Virus record (IMG/VR): IMGVR_UViG_3300021182_000018
Span: 1 to 57,385 of that record
Source: a virus
Lineage: Duplodnaviria; Caudoviricetes
DNA length: 57,385 bases
Direction: 5' to 3' (one strand)
Each line of letters starts with the position of its first letter. Within the stretch, counting starts at the first letter, position 1. The position numbers were made by a program, and so were the translations under genes. Below are positions 18,515 through 27,338 of this stretch, one piece after another. Below the pieces are notes generated by a model. The model was not told the origin of the DNA and ran no database searches. It worked only from the letters and a program-made list of their open reading frames with translations.

Positions 18515-19900
18515 TTATTCTATTCCGGTTAATTTTGAGCGAGCTTGTTGAGTGTTGTTCTTAACATTTTTGAGTACTTCTACGGAAGCTTGATCGACTA
18601 TATCTTTTGGTGTTATTACTTGACTTAGATCTTGAGATTCATCTACGTCATAAATTCTCATCTTAAAATAATCGACTCCGACATAAAAGTTGTAAGATGC
18701 TGGCCCATACCTATTTTTAAGAATAGACCACTTATATTTTCCTGCTTCTTTTAATTCAGGATTTGACATAATTCCAACAACAAGATCTGATGTATTGATT
18801 ACACCTATACTCTCGGCAATGTCTACGATTTGGAGGTCAAGAGAGCCATAGCCGCTTCTGGTAGTCTGGACGGAACTTATAATAGGAAACCCATAATCAA
18901 TTGCTAAACATCTAAGCTCTTCCGATATTAACTTCAACTCACTATAAGTATTAGTATCTTTAGTTTTATTATTAGTTGTCATTAACCCTAGATAGTCTAC
19001 AATTAAAATGTCTGGCTTAAAATTTTTCTTTATTTCATATTCTTTTAATATAGACCTAATTTTATTTGAAGAGACTGTTTTAGAACCAAGCTGTAAAATT
19101 TTTAAGTCGGATTTAATAACAGATTTGATAAGATCGAATTTTTTATTAAACTTTTCTTTAGACATATTCTTAAGTTCATTTATATTCTCATCAAAAATAT
19201 TTGCCAAAACTCTTTCCATAATCTTTTGTTCAGACATTTCCAAAGTAATGTATAAAACTTTCTTATTCTTTTTTAAGAAATTACAAGCCAAAGAAGTTTT
19301 AATTAAACTTTTGCCCATATTAGAACTGGCAAGGATTAAATTCAAACTTTTTTCGTGGAATCCGGAATCAATTAAATTATCTAAAGCACTGATTCCACTT
19401 GGAAAAACTAAATCCTTATTATGCATCGAATTAAAAATAGAATCTCGATCATCTAAAAGAGATAATCCAATACTATTATCGAATGTGAAACTTAAGGCAG
19501 TTCTAATATCATCAGAATATTTTTGAAGTTCATTAGATGGTTTATGAAAATTATCCTTCATATCCATTTGTAAATTTAATAACAAACTCTTTCTGTAAAA
19601 CTCCTCGATCTCACCAAGTATAAATTCTCTATCGAACTCGGAAGAATCATAGTTCATTATCTCTACAAGCCTATCATAATCTTCACTAGACTTGATAAAA
19701 AGTTTCAGTTCATTCATTCTAGGAAAGTGCGTATGTCTTTCCATAAATGATAAAATGTGACCAACAATATGACTGTTAATAGTATTAGAAAAAACCAAAG
19801 GATTCAAATAAGGAACTAGTCTATCTCTTACTTCTTCATCTTTGAATAAGAATTGAATCAACAGATTTTCATACAAAGTTTTAGTTAATGTTTCTTCCAA
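18515..19900 (-). CDS. gp41: Replicative DnaB-like helicase
   Basis: ASSNMGKS, YITLEMSE, PDILIVDYLGLM, SEELRCLA, QTTRSG, AESIG, KNRYG. Confidence 0.95.
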   Translation of the reverse strand: MEETLTKTLYENLLIQFLFKDEEVRDRLVPYLNPLVFSNTINSHIVGHILSFMERHTHFPRMNELKLFIKSSEDYDRLVEIMNYDSSEFDREFILGEIEEFYRKSLLLNLQMDMKDNFHKPSNELQKYSDDIRTALSFTFDNSIGLSLLDDRDSIFNSMHNKDLVFPSGISALDNLIDSGFHEKSLNLILASSNMGKSLIKTSLACNFLKKNKKVLYITLEMSEQKIMERVLANIFDENINELKNMSKEKFNKKFDLIKSVIKSDLKILQLGSKTVSSNKIRSILKEYEIKKNFKPDILIVDYLGLMTTNNKTKDTNTYSELKLISEELRCLAIDYGFPIISSVQTTRSGYGSLDLQIVDIAESIGVINTSDLVVGIMSNPELKEAGKYKWSILKNRYGPASYNFYVGVDYFKMRIYDVDESQDLSQVITPKDIVDQASVEVLKNVKNNTQQARSKLTGIE

Positions 19901-19909
19901 AGATATCTC

Positions 19910-20311
19910 CTAAACCCTATCAACCAAGGTCGTTTGAAACTCATAAGAATTATTATAAAAAGCTTGCAGAAAGATCGAATTAAACTCCGGCAAACCTTGA
20001 GCAAATTTGTAACCATGTTTCTCTAAATTTTCTACAATAATCTTTCCTATATCATTCCTGTTCAAATTGTCTACATCAAAAATCTCTGAAAGTTTAACCG
20101 AATCATTTCCAATTTTTATTTCAAAGTTTACACCAATCTTCAAAGACTTTTCCGAATAGATTTCCTTTACCTTAGAAGGCTTTTGGAAAACATTTGGAAA
20201 CATCGGATTATTTTTCTCTACGGTAGGCCAGATTCGGAAAACGTTTGGAGAATCTTTTCGGAAAAATCTCCACATAGCTATTTCAGAATCTTTTCTTAAA
20301 AGTTCTATCAT
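19910..20311 (-). CDS. Hypothetical protein
   Basis: 133 aa with GAGG RBS and a dedicated promoter at 20327-20355. Confidence 0.65.
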   Translation of the reverse strand: MIELLRKDSEIAMWRFFRKDSPNVFRIWPTVEKNNPMFPNVFQKPSKVKEIYSEKSLKIGVNFEIKIGNDSVKLSEIFDVDNLNRNDIGKIIVENLEKHGYKFAQGLPEFNSIFLQAFYNNSYEFQTTLVDRV

Positions 20312-21981
20312 AAGTCCTCTAGAGATATTGTAACATCTTTAATGTAGACTGTCAAGGAAGATTTGGTCAACCTTGACAGACTGTTTTTCGAAGGATATTT
20401 CGGAAAAGGTTTTAGAAAACTTTCAAGATAATATTCTCTAACGTTTAAGTAATTTGATTCTTTATTTTGTTCAATGTTTTCCGAAACATCTAATTCAATT
20501 TTTAAAGTATTTTTCAAAAAATCTATAAGCATATTTTCTGGAGATTTTTCGAAATATGGTATACAAAGAAGAGGTATTTGATTGGTTCCGCAATATGTCT
20601 TTTTGATGGTGTCTCTTGCCTGTCGTTCTTTTAATTCCTCTTCCATTTCTTCTAAGGTCATGCTAGAAGTAAAATCGGTAGGAATATAATGTTGTTCTCC
20701 ATGATATTCAACAAGTCCTAATAATTTTTCGCGATCATCTAAAATACCAAAATCAAACGGCAATGGAAGTATATTTTTACAGTCTAGGAATTTATATTGT
20801 GGTTCGTTTTTCATATTATACTTTTTTAATAGTTTTAATATCTTTCGTTCGCCCTGAGACATATTACAAGTAGGACATCCACAGCCGGCTAAATGGTCAT
20901 GTGGAACTTGCCAGAATGGACCATGTTTTTCGCAAATTATCATTAAAGGAGTTTTTGAATTTACATAAGTTGCAGAAATATACGAATAACCCTCTCCATG
21001 TTCTTCAATAGCATCGTCTATAAATTCCAGAGTAGTTTTTAATTGATTCCCATAACATTTTCGACAACCAGCACCTTGACTAGTATGAGAATTCGGAGTT
21101 TGATAAAAAGCACCATGATCTGGGCATATAATTTTAATTTTTGTTTTGCTTCCAACATATTCATCAGGATACTCATATTGGTCACCATGAACTTTCCTAG
21201 CTTCTGTTAAAAACGATTTAGTATCAAAAATTGGTCTAGAGCACTGCGAACAACCTTCGCCAAATGTGTGTTTGCTTGGAGCTTGATAAAATGGGCCATG
21301 CTCAGGACATATAATTTTAATTTTTATTTCCGAACCTTTGTATTCTTCTGGGTATTCGTATTTGTCTCCGTGTTCTTCTCTAGCATCTATTAAAAATTCT
21401 TCGTGAGTTTTCTTTTTTGTTCCGCCACATTCATCGCAACCATGTCCTCTTAAGTGATCGCTTGCTGTTTGTAAAAATGTTCCGTGTGTTGGACATTCAA
21501 TTTCTATTTTATTATTCGCACCAGTGTATAATCCAACATATTTATATTTGTTTTCGTGTTTATCGCTGGCCTGTTTAACATATTCTTCGTGAGTTTTCTT
21601 TTTTGGTTTTGCGCAAAAAGGGCATCCACAACCATTGGTATGCATATATGGTTTTAGAAAAAACTCACCATGTTCTGGACATATGATACGAATTGGTTTA
21701 TGAGAACCTAAATAATCATCAGGATATTTATATTTGCTATCATGAACAAAATTAGCATCTATTATAAACTGCTCTGTAGTTTTTCTTAAATTTCCGCCAC
21801 AAACTTGACAACCATGTCCTGCTAAATGATGCCCGGCGTTACATAAAAATTCTCCATGATCTGGACAAATTATTTTAATATATTTCGAAGAACCTTGATA
21901 TTCCTCTGGATATGAATAAAAGAAATTAAATTTATTGTTAACTCTTTCTAAAAATTCAATGTTAGTTATTTTCTTAGCCAT
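20308..21981 (-). CDS. Hef-like free-standing endonuclease: six DUF723-type repeats plus C-terminal PD-(D/E)xK-like domain
   Basis: Six ~60 aa repeats Y.Y...Y......I.IICP.HG.F......H..G.GC..C; C-terminal LPFDFG...LVEYHGEQHY. Confidence 0.82.
   Translation of the reverse strand: MAKKITNIEFLERVNNKFNFFYSYPEEYQGSSKYIKIICPDHGEFLCNAGHHLAGHGCQVCGGNLRKTTEQFIIDANFVHDSKYKYPDDYLGSHKPIRIICPEHGEFFLKPYMHTNGCGCPFCAKPKKKTHEEYVKQASDKHENKYKYVGLYTGANNKIEIECPTHGTFLQTASDHLRGHGCDECGGTKKKTHEEFLIDAREEHGDKYEYPEEYKGSEIKIKIICPEHGPFYQAPSKHTFGEGCSQCSRPIFDTKSFLTEARKVHGDQYEYPDEYVGSKTKIKIICPDHGAFYQTPNSHTSQGAGCRKCYGNQLKTTLEFIDDAIEEHGEGYSYISATYVNSKTPLMIICEKHGPFWQVPHDHLAGCGCPTCNMSQGERKILKLLKKYNMKNEPQYKFLDCKNILPLPFDFGILDDREKLLGLVEYHGEQHYIPTDFTSSMTLEEMEEELKERQARDTIKKTYCGTNQIPLLCIPYFEKSPENMLIDFLKNTLKIELDVSENIEQNKESNYLNVREYYLESFLKPFPKYPSKNSLSRLTKSSLTVYIKDVTISLEDL
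20327..20355 (-). promoter_or_regulatory. sigma70-type promoter
   Basis: TTGACA-gtctacattaaagatgt(17)-TACAAT. Confidence 0.75.
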
Positions 21982-22074
21982 TTTAATATAATCCTAAGAG
22001 ATTGGTTTGTTTTCTATAGCGCGAGATTTCTCTCAAAACAAACCAACCTGCTATAGAAGATCTGTTTCTATTAT

Positions 22075-23226
22075 TTAGGGTTCTTCTCCTTCATCGACAA
22101 ATACAAGATTCTGAGCAACTACAGTATTATCCTCTTCTACATTTAGAGAATCTTTTGAATGTTTTCCTAATTGATACATACATTCAATTCTATAAATTAA
22201 ATCGGTTTCCTTAAAAATAGTTTGCCAAAATTCTTCAGCATCATCAATATCCTTTTCTAACACTTTCAAAACATTTCCTGAAATAGTTTGATATTGATAA
22301 GCATTTCGTTTCCCTTCTTTAGCCTTATCTATGATGCCCAAATCAACTGCAATAACATCTAATCCAGAATACTTTGACATACTCCCATCCCACTTAATCG
22401 AAAATGGTATTACGGTTCCTTCTTTAACGTCTCTAGATTTATTAACTTTAAGAAGAAATTTATATCCAACATGGGTTTCTCCTTCCTTAAGCTTTTGTTT
22501 AGTCGTTACGAAAATACTATTACTAGCCAAAACCGAACCTTGACCCCCTCCAATAACGACGCTGGGATAAAAAGTTGAAATATCATTGTAAATATGGTTA
22601 ATTACTATTGTCGGAATTTTCTTCAAACAAATTTTTGGAGTAATTATTCTAAATAATGACTTCAAACTTTTTGGTCTCGATAAATCAAGAGCTGACTTCA
22701 TATTTTCTGCATCATTTAATTCTTTTAGAGAACTAGAAAGTCCCAAAGAATCAATACCAAAAATCACTTTATCGTCAATAGTTAACATGTCTAATTGTTT
22801 TACCATTTCAAATTTTAATTCTTCTATTGATTGAAATGGAAGATGCACCACAGAATTTGGGTCTATATCAAATAATTCGAAGTAAGATTTTCTAGTTCCA
22901 AATTCATTATCAAAAAATAAAAATAACGACCCTGGATTTGCTTTCAAATATGCACTAGCCAAAAGTAACATAAACGAAGACTTAAACGTTTTAGATACCC
23001 CACAAAATTGAATAATTCCAGGAGTAATCCCACCATCTAGCAATTTTCCCTTAAGAGCAACATTCATCATGGGGTAGTCTGTTGGAATTGGCTTATCTTC
23101 ATCTAATATTTGAGACTCTGATAATTTACAAGCCAGAGGTATACTACTATTCTTCAAAATACGATCCATCAAACTCGCAGCTTTCCCCATTCCACCGATT
23201 TCTTTTTCTTTCTTTTCTTTAGCCAT
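22075..23226 (-). CDS. uvsX: RecA-like recombinase UvsX
   Basis: GVSKTFKS Walker A, FFDNEFG, IDSLG..S.KE, KSLFRI, INHIY, GGGQG, KSRDVKE. Start reassigned to the ATG at 23226 (AAGGAG upstream). Confidence 0.95.
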   Translation of the reverse strand: MAKEKKEKEIGGMGKAASLMDRILKNSSIPLACKLSESQILDEDKPIPTDYPMMNVALKGKLLDGGITPGIIQFCGVSKTFKSSFMLLLASAYLKANPGSLFLFFDNEFGTRKSYFELFDIDPNSVVHLPFQSIEELKFEMVKQLDMLTIDDKVIFGIDSLGLSSSLKELNDAENMKSALDLSRPKSLKSLFRIITPKICLKKIPTIVINHIYNDISTFYPSVVIGGGQGSVLASNSIFVTTKQKLKEGETHVGYKFLLKVNKSRDVKEGTVIPFSIKWDGSMSKYSGLDVIAVDLGIIDKAKEGKRNAYQYQTISGNVLKVLEKDIDDAEEFWQTIFKETDLIYRIECMYQLGKHSKDSLNVEEDNTVVAQNLVFVDEGEEP

Positions 23227-23292
23227 TTCGAAAATTCTCCTTAAAAGTTTACGCAAAAGTTTTCACAAAAATTTCTCTAAAAACAATTCAAA

Positions 23293-23457
23293 TTATGATT
23301 CCATTTGTTTATATTCATATGGTCTTGACAAAGCATATGCTAAAGCCATTGGTGGTTGCATTGCAGAAACACCAACAATAGGTAAAGCAAATTCCGGAAA
23401 ATAAAAATTTACATTAACGTTAATTCTCTTTTCTTTTGTTCTGTATTTTTTGCTCAT
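23293..23457 (-). CDS. 54 aa mini-protein containing a major-capsid-protein (gp23) fragment
   Basis: Not in ORF track. MSKKYRTKEKRINVNVNFYFPEFALPIVGVSAMQPPMALAYALSRPYEYKQMES; 15/29 ungapped identities to gp23 YYEHFAHRVVGLQAMNGPVGLAYALRRAY. ATGA overlap with the upstream stop. Confidence 0.8.
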   Translation of the reverse strand: MSKKYRTKEKRINVNVNFYFPEFALPIVGVSAMQPPMALAYALSRPYEYKQMES

Positions 23458-23693
23458 TTTCTATTTCCTACAGTTATTATTTCTTTAACTCCAAATTCTT
23501 TCAAATATTTTCTAAACATATTTCCAGCATGTGTCAAATACTGTTGTTCTTTTTGTGGTGGGAAGTTTGGAAGAGGGATTTGAACTATTAGAACATCACC
23601 AACTTTTTCAAAAAACCATTTAGAATAATTTTCAGAAATCTTATTAGCAAGGTTTTCGAAAAGATTATCTAAAAGTTTTTCAAATATTTTCAT
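23454..23693 (-). CDS. 79 aa mini-protein containing a portal (gp20) clip-like fragment
   Basis: PPQKEQQYLTHAGNMFRK vs portal PPGKAEEYLKGLIARYRK (7/18 identical, ungapped); start overlaps the gp43 stop. Confidence 0.65.
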   Translation of the reverse strand: MKIFEKLLDNLFENLANKISENYSKWFFEKVGDVLIVQIPLPNFPPQKEQQYLTHAGNMFRKYLKEFGVKEIITVGNRK

Positions 23694-26122
23694 TAATCAT
23701 CCTCAATCATTTTTAAAAGTTTACTATCTTTTAAAGTAATGGTTCCAAATTTTAGTGTATCAAACATTCTTTGTGCAGGAGCTAAATATTGTTTTTCGAA
23801 TTGTGTTTCGTAATCTATTTGAAAAAGTTTATCGAAAGCCGCTGGCCAATTTCCTATGTATCCTATAGCATTTGTTTTATATTTGTTGTTTGGATTTACG
23901 TATACATATTTCATTTTAGTTCCGTTTACAATTTTAGTCAATGGTAAATTGTTATCTTCTACTACATGATTATAAATTATAGATGCACGATTATATATTG
24001 GAGTCCCTTTATTAAAGTCTGTGAAGCCTTCTACTGAATATTTATCATAATCGTTAATACCTTTTGGTGCGGAAATGTCAGAAATTTTTTGAAGTTTGAA
24101 CTCTTTATATGCCTTCCTAATGTGAGTTAACATGTTTTCTCTATTAGGAAGTTCATCAATTTTTCCAGCAAACATAATGTGTAGAAGTTGTTCAAGATTT
24201 TTTCTAGAGAACATACACAAATCTGATTTCTTAATTTCCAGTCCGGTAATTGCGAAGTCTGGTGTTTCATAAATTTCTTCTTCATTTGCTAAGTTTAATG
24301 TAGCATATTTCTTCTTTTGTTGAACATAAATCTTAGCAATAATCTTTTCTCTTTTGAAATGGATTAGGTTCTTTGTATTGTATTTTTCGGCAAACTCTTC
24401 CATAATAACTTTCAAAAATGGTTCTAAAACTTTTTTCTGAAAGTCTAAAGAAAACTCTAGGAATGATTTTTCTGGTGCTAGACTACTATAAAGATAGGAT
24501 AAATCGAAAAACCGAGAATCTGTGTCGCAGAGGATGGACAAAGACTTTTTAATTTTTGTATGATTGAATGTATTATTTGGATAAATTTCGTCTGCAAGTT
24601 TCTTAAAATCTTTCTTAATATATTCATCAAATTTTGTTTTAACGTGAACAATTGCTTCTCTTCCAACTGCCGTAATTACCGAACCATTATCGAAATCATA
24701 GAAATGAAAATGAGCTTCCAAACAACTTCCAAAAACACCATTCGCCAAAATTTTTATAATTGCTTGTTGTGAGTTATAAAATTCTGCTTTTACTAAATCT
24801 TTTTCTTTCTTTGCTTTCTTTCCAGCATCCTTTAATGCCTTTCTATCATCAAACAATTTTTTAACAACAATTGGCAAAATTCCTTTAACGTTTTTTCTAT
24901 AATATATTCCAGGAAATTGTGTTTTAATTAGGTTAGGTATTTCTTCTTCTTTTGGATTTATTACTTTTGTTTCTGTAGATATATTAAACATCATAATAAT
25001 ATGCGGATAAAGAGCAGTAGCATCTATAGACAAAGAGTTTAGATAAAATCCAGGTTCAGTTTCTACCCATCCTCCTTTAATAGATCGCTCTTGTTCTGCC
25101 TTTATATCATGAGAAATATCAGACATTACAATATTGTTTTTATGCATATGTCTTAAAATATATCCTTCAATAACAGCAATTGTAGAAGATATTTTCGAAA
25201 AAGGAGTCCTAGTATGTGTGCAAAGGTCTATTGCAAGTTTTATAAATTTTTTCTTATCGTCTATCTTTTTAACTAATCGCAAATCTTGAAAATTATAATC
25301 TACAAATCTATTCCAATCGGCTTTCCAAAAATCGTTAATTGTTCCTTCGTATTCTAGCTTTCCTTCATTTACTTCCAACATTCCGATATAATTCAAAGAA
25401 AAAGATGGTTGGCTTTTTGCAGTAAACTTTTTATAAATATCCATACAATCTAATATGTCTATTCCTGGTATTACTATTTCTCCGTCATATTTTCTAATGA
25501 TTTTTCCAATAGAGGACAAACAACATTTAAGATTTAATGCATCAATTCTTTCTTGAATTTTCGGAATATCATACTTTGTCAAATTCCACCCAATAAGAAC
25601 GTTAACATGTTTTAGATGAAGAAATTTACAAAGTCTTTCTAAAAGAACTGATTCAGAATCGCAGTGTATATACTTTGTTTCTTTATTGTCTCCTGTATAT
25701 GGTTTAAGTCCTAATTGAAAGATTTCTCCAGTATGAAAATCTTCTAACCCAACTAGATTTATGGTTTCTGATTCTGGATATTCTGTTTCTATATCTATAT
25801 TAAAAATTGAATAGTCTTTTATATTAACTATATGTTCTTGGTCACCATATCTTTTATGAAGAAATTTTACCTCTTCTGATAAATCGGATTCGAATAGTTT
25901 TTCTCCAGAATCTCTAAGATCTTTCAAATTTTTCTTTGAATCTGTTATCTTTTTTGTAACAGAATTTCCGAAAATATCTTTAATAGGACTCTTACCACTC
26001 TTGTCTAAAACGTAATACTCAATATCATGCTTAAAAACATTATAAACAGTTTTACCATCCTCTCCAATTTCCCAGAGGTGCATTTTGTTATTCCAAGAGT
26101 CGTAATAAATATTCTTAAACAT
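23693..26122 (-). CDS. gp43: Family B DNA polymerase
   Basis: Exo motifs DIETE, GWN...YDIP, YNFQD; polymerase motifs DATALYP, KILANGVFG, DTDS, KKKY. Confidence 0.96.
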   Translation of the reverse strand: MFKNIYYDSWNNKMHLWEIGEDGKTVYNVFKHDIEYYVLDKSGKSPIKDIFGNSVTKKITDSKKNLKDLRDSGEKLFESDLSEEVKFLHKRYGDQEHIVNIKDYSIFNIDIETEYPESETINLVGLEDFHTGEIFQLGLKPYTGDNKETKYIHCDSESVLLERLCKFLHLKHVNVLIGWNLTKYDIPKIQERIDALNLKCCLSSIGKIIRKYDGEIVIPGIDILDCMDIYKKFTAKSQPSFSLNYIGMLEVNEGKLEYEGTINDFWKADWNRFVDYNFQDLRLVKKIDDKKKFIKLAIDLCTHTRTPFSKISSTIAVIEGYILRHMHKNNIVMSDISHDIKAEQERSIKGGWVETEPGFYLNSLSIDATALYPHIIMMFNISTETKVINPKEEEIPNLIKTQFPGIYYRKNVKGILPIVVKKLFDDRKALKDAGKKAKKEKDLVKAEFYNSQQAIIKILANGVFGSCLEAHFHFYDFDNGSVITAVGREAIVHVKTKFDEYIKKDFKKLADEIYPNNTFNHTKIKKSLSILCDTDSRFFDLSYLYSSLAPEKSFLEFSLDFQKKVLEPFLKVIMEEFAEKYNTKNLIHFKREKIIAKIYVQQKKKYATLNLANEEEIYETPDFAITGLEIKKSDLCMFSRKNLEQLLHIMFAGKIDELPNRENMLTHIRKAYKEFKLQKISDISAPKGINDYDKYSVEGFTDFNKGTPIYNRASIIYNHVVEDNNLPLTKIVNGTKMKYVYVNPNNKYKTNAIGYIGNWPAAFDKLFQIDYETQFEKQYLAPAQRMFDTLKFGTITLKDSKLLKMIEDD

Positions 26123-26342
26123 TGTATCCTTTAAGTTGTTTATATAAAAAGTTTATGTAATTTGGTCTTTGTAAAATCTTTTCTAATTTATCTATTTTAG
26201 AAAGTTTTAAGAAATTATTTTGAAAATCACTTTCGAAAGATCTTACATAATTTTCAGAAATTAGTTGTATGGTTGTATAAAAAGTGTCAGAAACATATAT
26301 TGAATATAGATATAATAAAGTTTTATGGTTGATTTTTATCAT
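26115..26342 (-). CDS. Array-2 mini-protein
   Basis: KLEKILQRPNYINF resembles gp55 ISEGLLRRPNFCNY. Confidence 0.65.
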   Translation of the reverse strand: MIKINHKTLLYLYSIYVSDTFYTTIQLISENYVRSFESDFQNNFLKLSKIDKLEKILQRPNYINFLYKQLKGYNV

Positions 26343-26344
26343 AA

Positions 26345-26551
26345 TTATTCCAAAAAAGTCGCACTAAATTTTTCATGTATGTCTAACCATTCTTTATTAG
26401 TTTTTTCTAAAATTATATTTACGTCTGGAATCCAAATATCTCTTTTAAGTATATAATTAAAAACTGAAGAAAATATTCTATTAGGATTTTTGTAATAATT
26501 TTTCAAAAATAGAATCCATAAATTTCGTCTTTTATATTTAATTCCACCCAT
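26345..26551 (-). CDS. Array-2 mini-protein
   Basis: 68 aa; VNIILEKTNKEW motif. Confidence 0.55.
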   Translation of the reverse strand: MGGIKYKRRNLWILFLKNYYKNPNRIFSSVFNYILKRDIWIPDVNIILEKTNKEWLDIHEKFSATFLE

Positions 26552-26758
26552 CTATCTACCATTATTTTTTATCCATTTCTCATAAGAAGGCTTTCCTAAA
26601 ATCTTTTCTAAAAGTTTATCAGAATGCTTGTAAAAATCCTTAATTAAAGCATTTTCGAAATATTCTCTTAAAATATATTTGAAGCAATGTGCAGGAACAT
26701 AGTAGGAATACCAATTATCAGATATGTTTATAGTTCCAAAATTTTTAGGATAATTCAT
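26552..26758 (-). CDS. Array-2 mini-protein
   Basis: 68 aa; LLEKILGKPSYEKW motif. Confidence 0.62.
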   Translation of the reverse strand: MNYPKNFGTINISDNWYSYYVPAHCFKYILREYFENALIKDFYKHSDKLLEKILGKPSYEKWIKNNGR

Positions 26759-26943
26759 TTGTAGATTCTTCTTAAAATAATATTAACTTTATAAACATCT
26801 CTAAATTTTAATATATAATTGTCTCCACCTCTGTCCGTAAAAATATAAAGATTTTTCATATCATTAGGATTCGGAAAATAAGAATAACCATAATTCCAAC
26901 TATTATAAAAATCCACATAAACAAATTTAGGAAGATAAATCAT
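26755..26943 (-). CDS. Array-2 mini-protein
   Basis: 62 aa; ends VYKVNIILRRIYK. Confidence 0.55.
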   Translation of the reverse strand: MIYLPKFVYVDFYNSWNYGYSYFPNPNDMKNLYIFTDRGGDNYILKFRDVYKVNIILRRIYK

Positions 26944-27101
26944 ATATAATAAAAATCTTTCTTATATGTTAAATTCAAAATTTTCTCTATAGATTCTGTA
27001 TAATACCTTTTCAAAAATATATGGTCATAAACATTCAAAATAAGAGTTCCATGATTCTTAATTTTTATATATTGATAAAAAGGATTAAAATCGGTGGTCA
27101 T
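26940..27101 (-). CDS. Array-2 mini-protein (53 aa, not in ORF track)
   Basis: MTTDFNPFYQYIKIKNHGTLILNVYDHIFLKRYYTESIEKILNLTYKKDFYYI; ATGA overlaps at both ends. Confidence 0.65.
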   Translation of the reverse strand: MTTDFNPFYQYIKIKNHGTLILNVYDHIFLKRYYTESIEKILNLTYKKDFYYI

Positions 27102-27331
27102 AGATAATCGTAAGTTCCAAACTTGTTCATAGACTTGTGTATTTTGAATCCTTTATAAGACTTTTCTAAAACTATTTCTAAAAATGTCACTATATTTTTA
27201 TTACAAATTTCATTATATTTTTCCGAGTATAGTTTCCATTGGCTGTTCGGTTTTAATTTAGACAGATCAAAATTTCTTTCATATCCAGTAGAAAATGAAC
27301 CACCTTGAAATAAAATTAGTCTAGAATCCAT
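27098..27331 (-). CDS. Array-2 mini-protein
   Basis: 77 aa; FLEIVLEKSYKGF motif. Confidence 0.55.
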   Translation of the reverse strand: MDSRLILFQGGSFSTGYERNFDLSKLKPNSQWKLYSEKYNEICNKNIVTFLEIVLEKSYKGFKIHKSMNKFGTYDYL

Positions 27332-27338
27332 TAACCTT

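Noticed and set aside
19910-20311. DIGKIIVENLEKH as another gp55 mimic
   Set aside because: Too few identities to this phage's gp55 to separate from chance.
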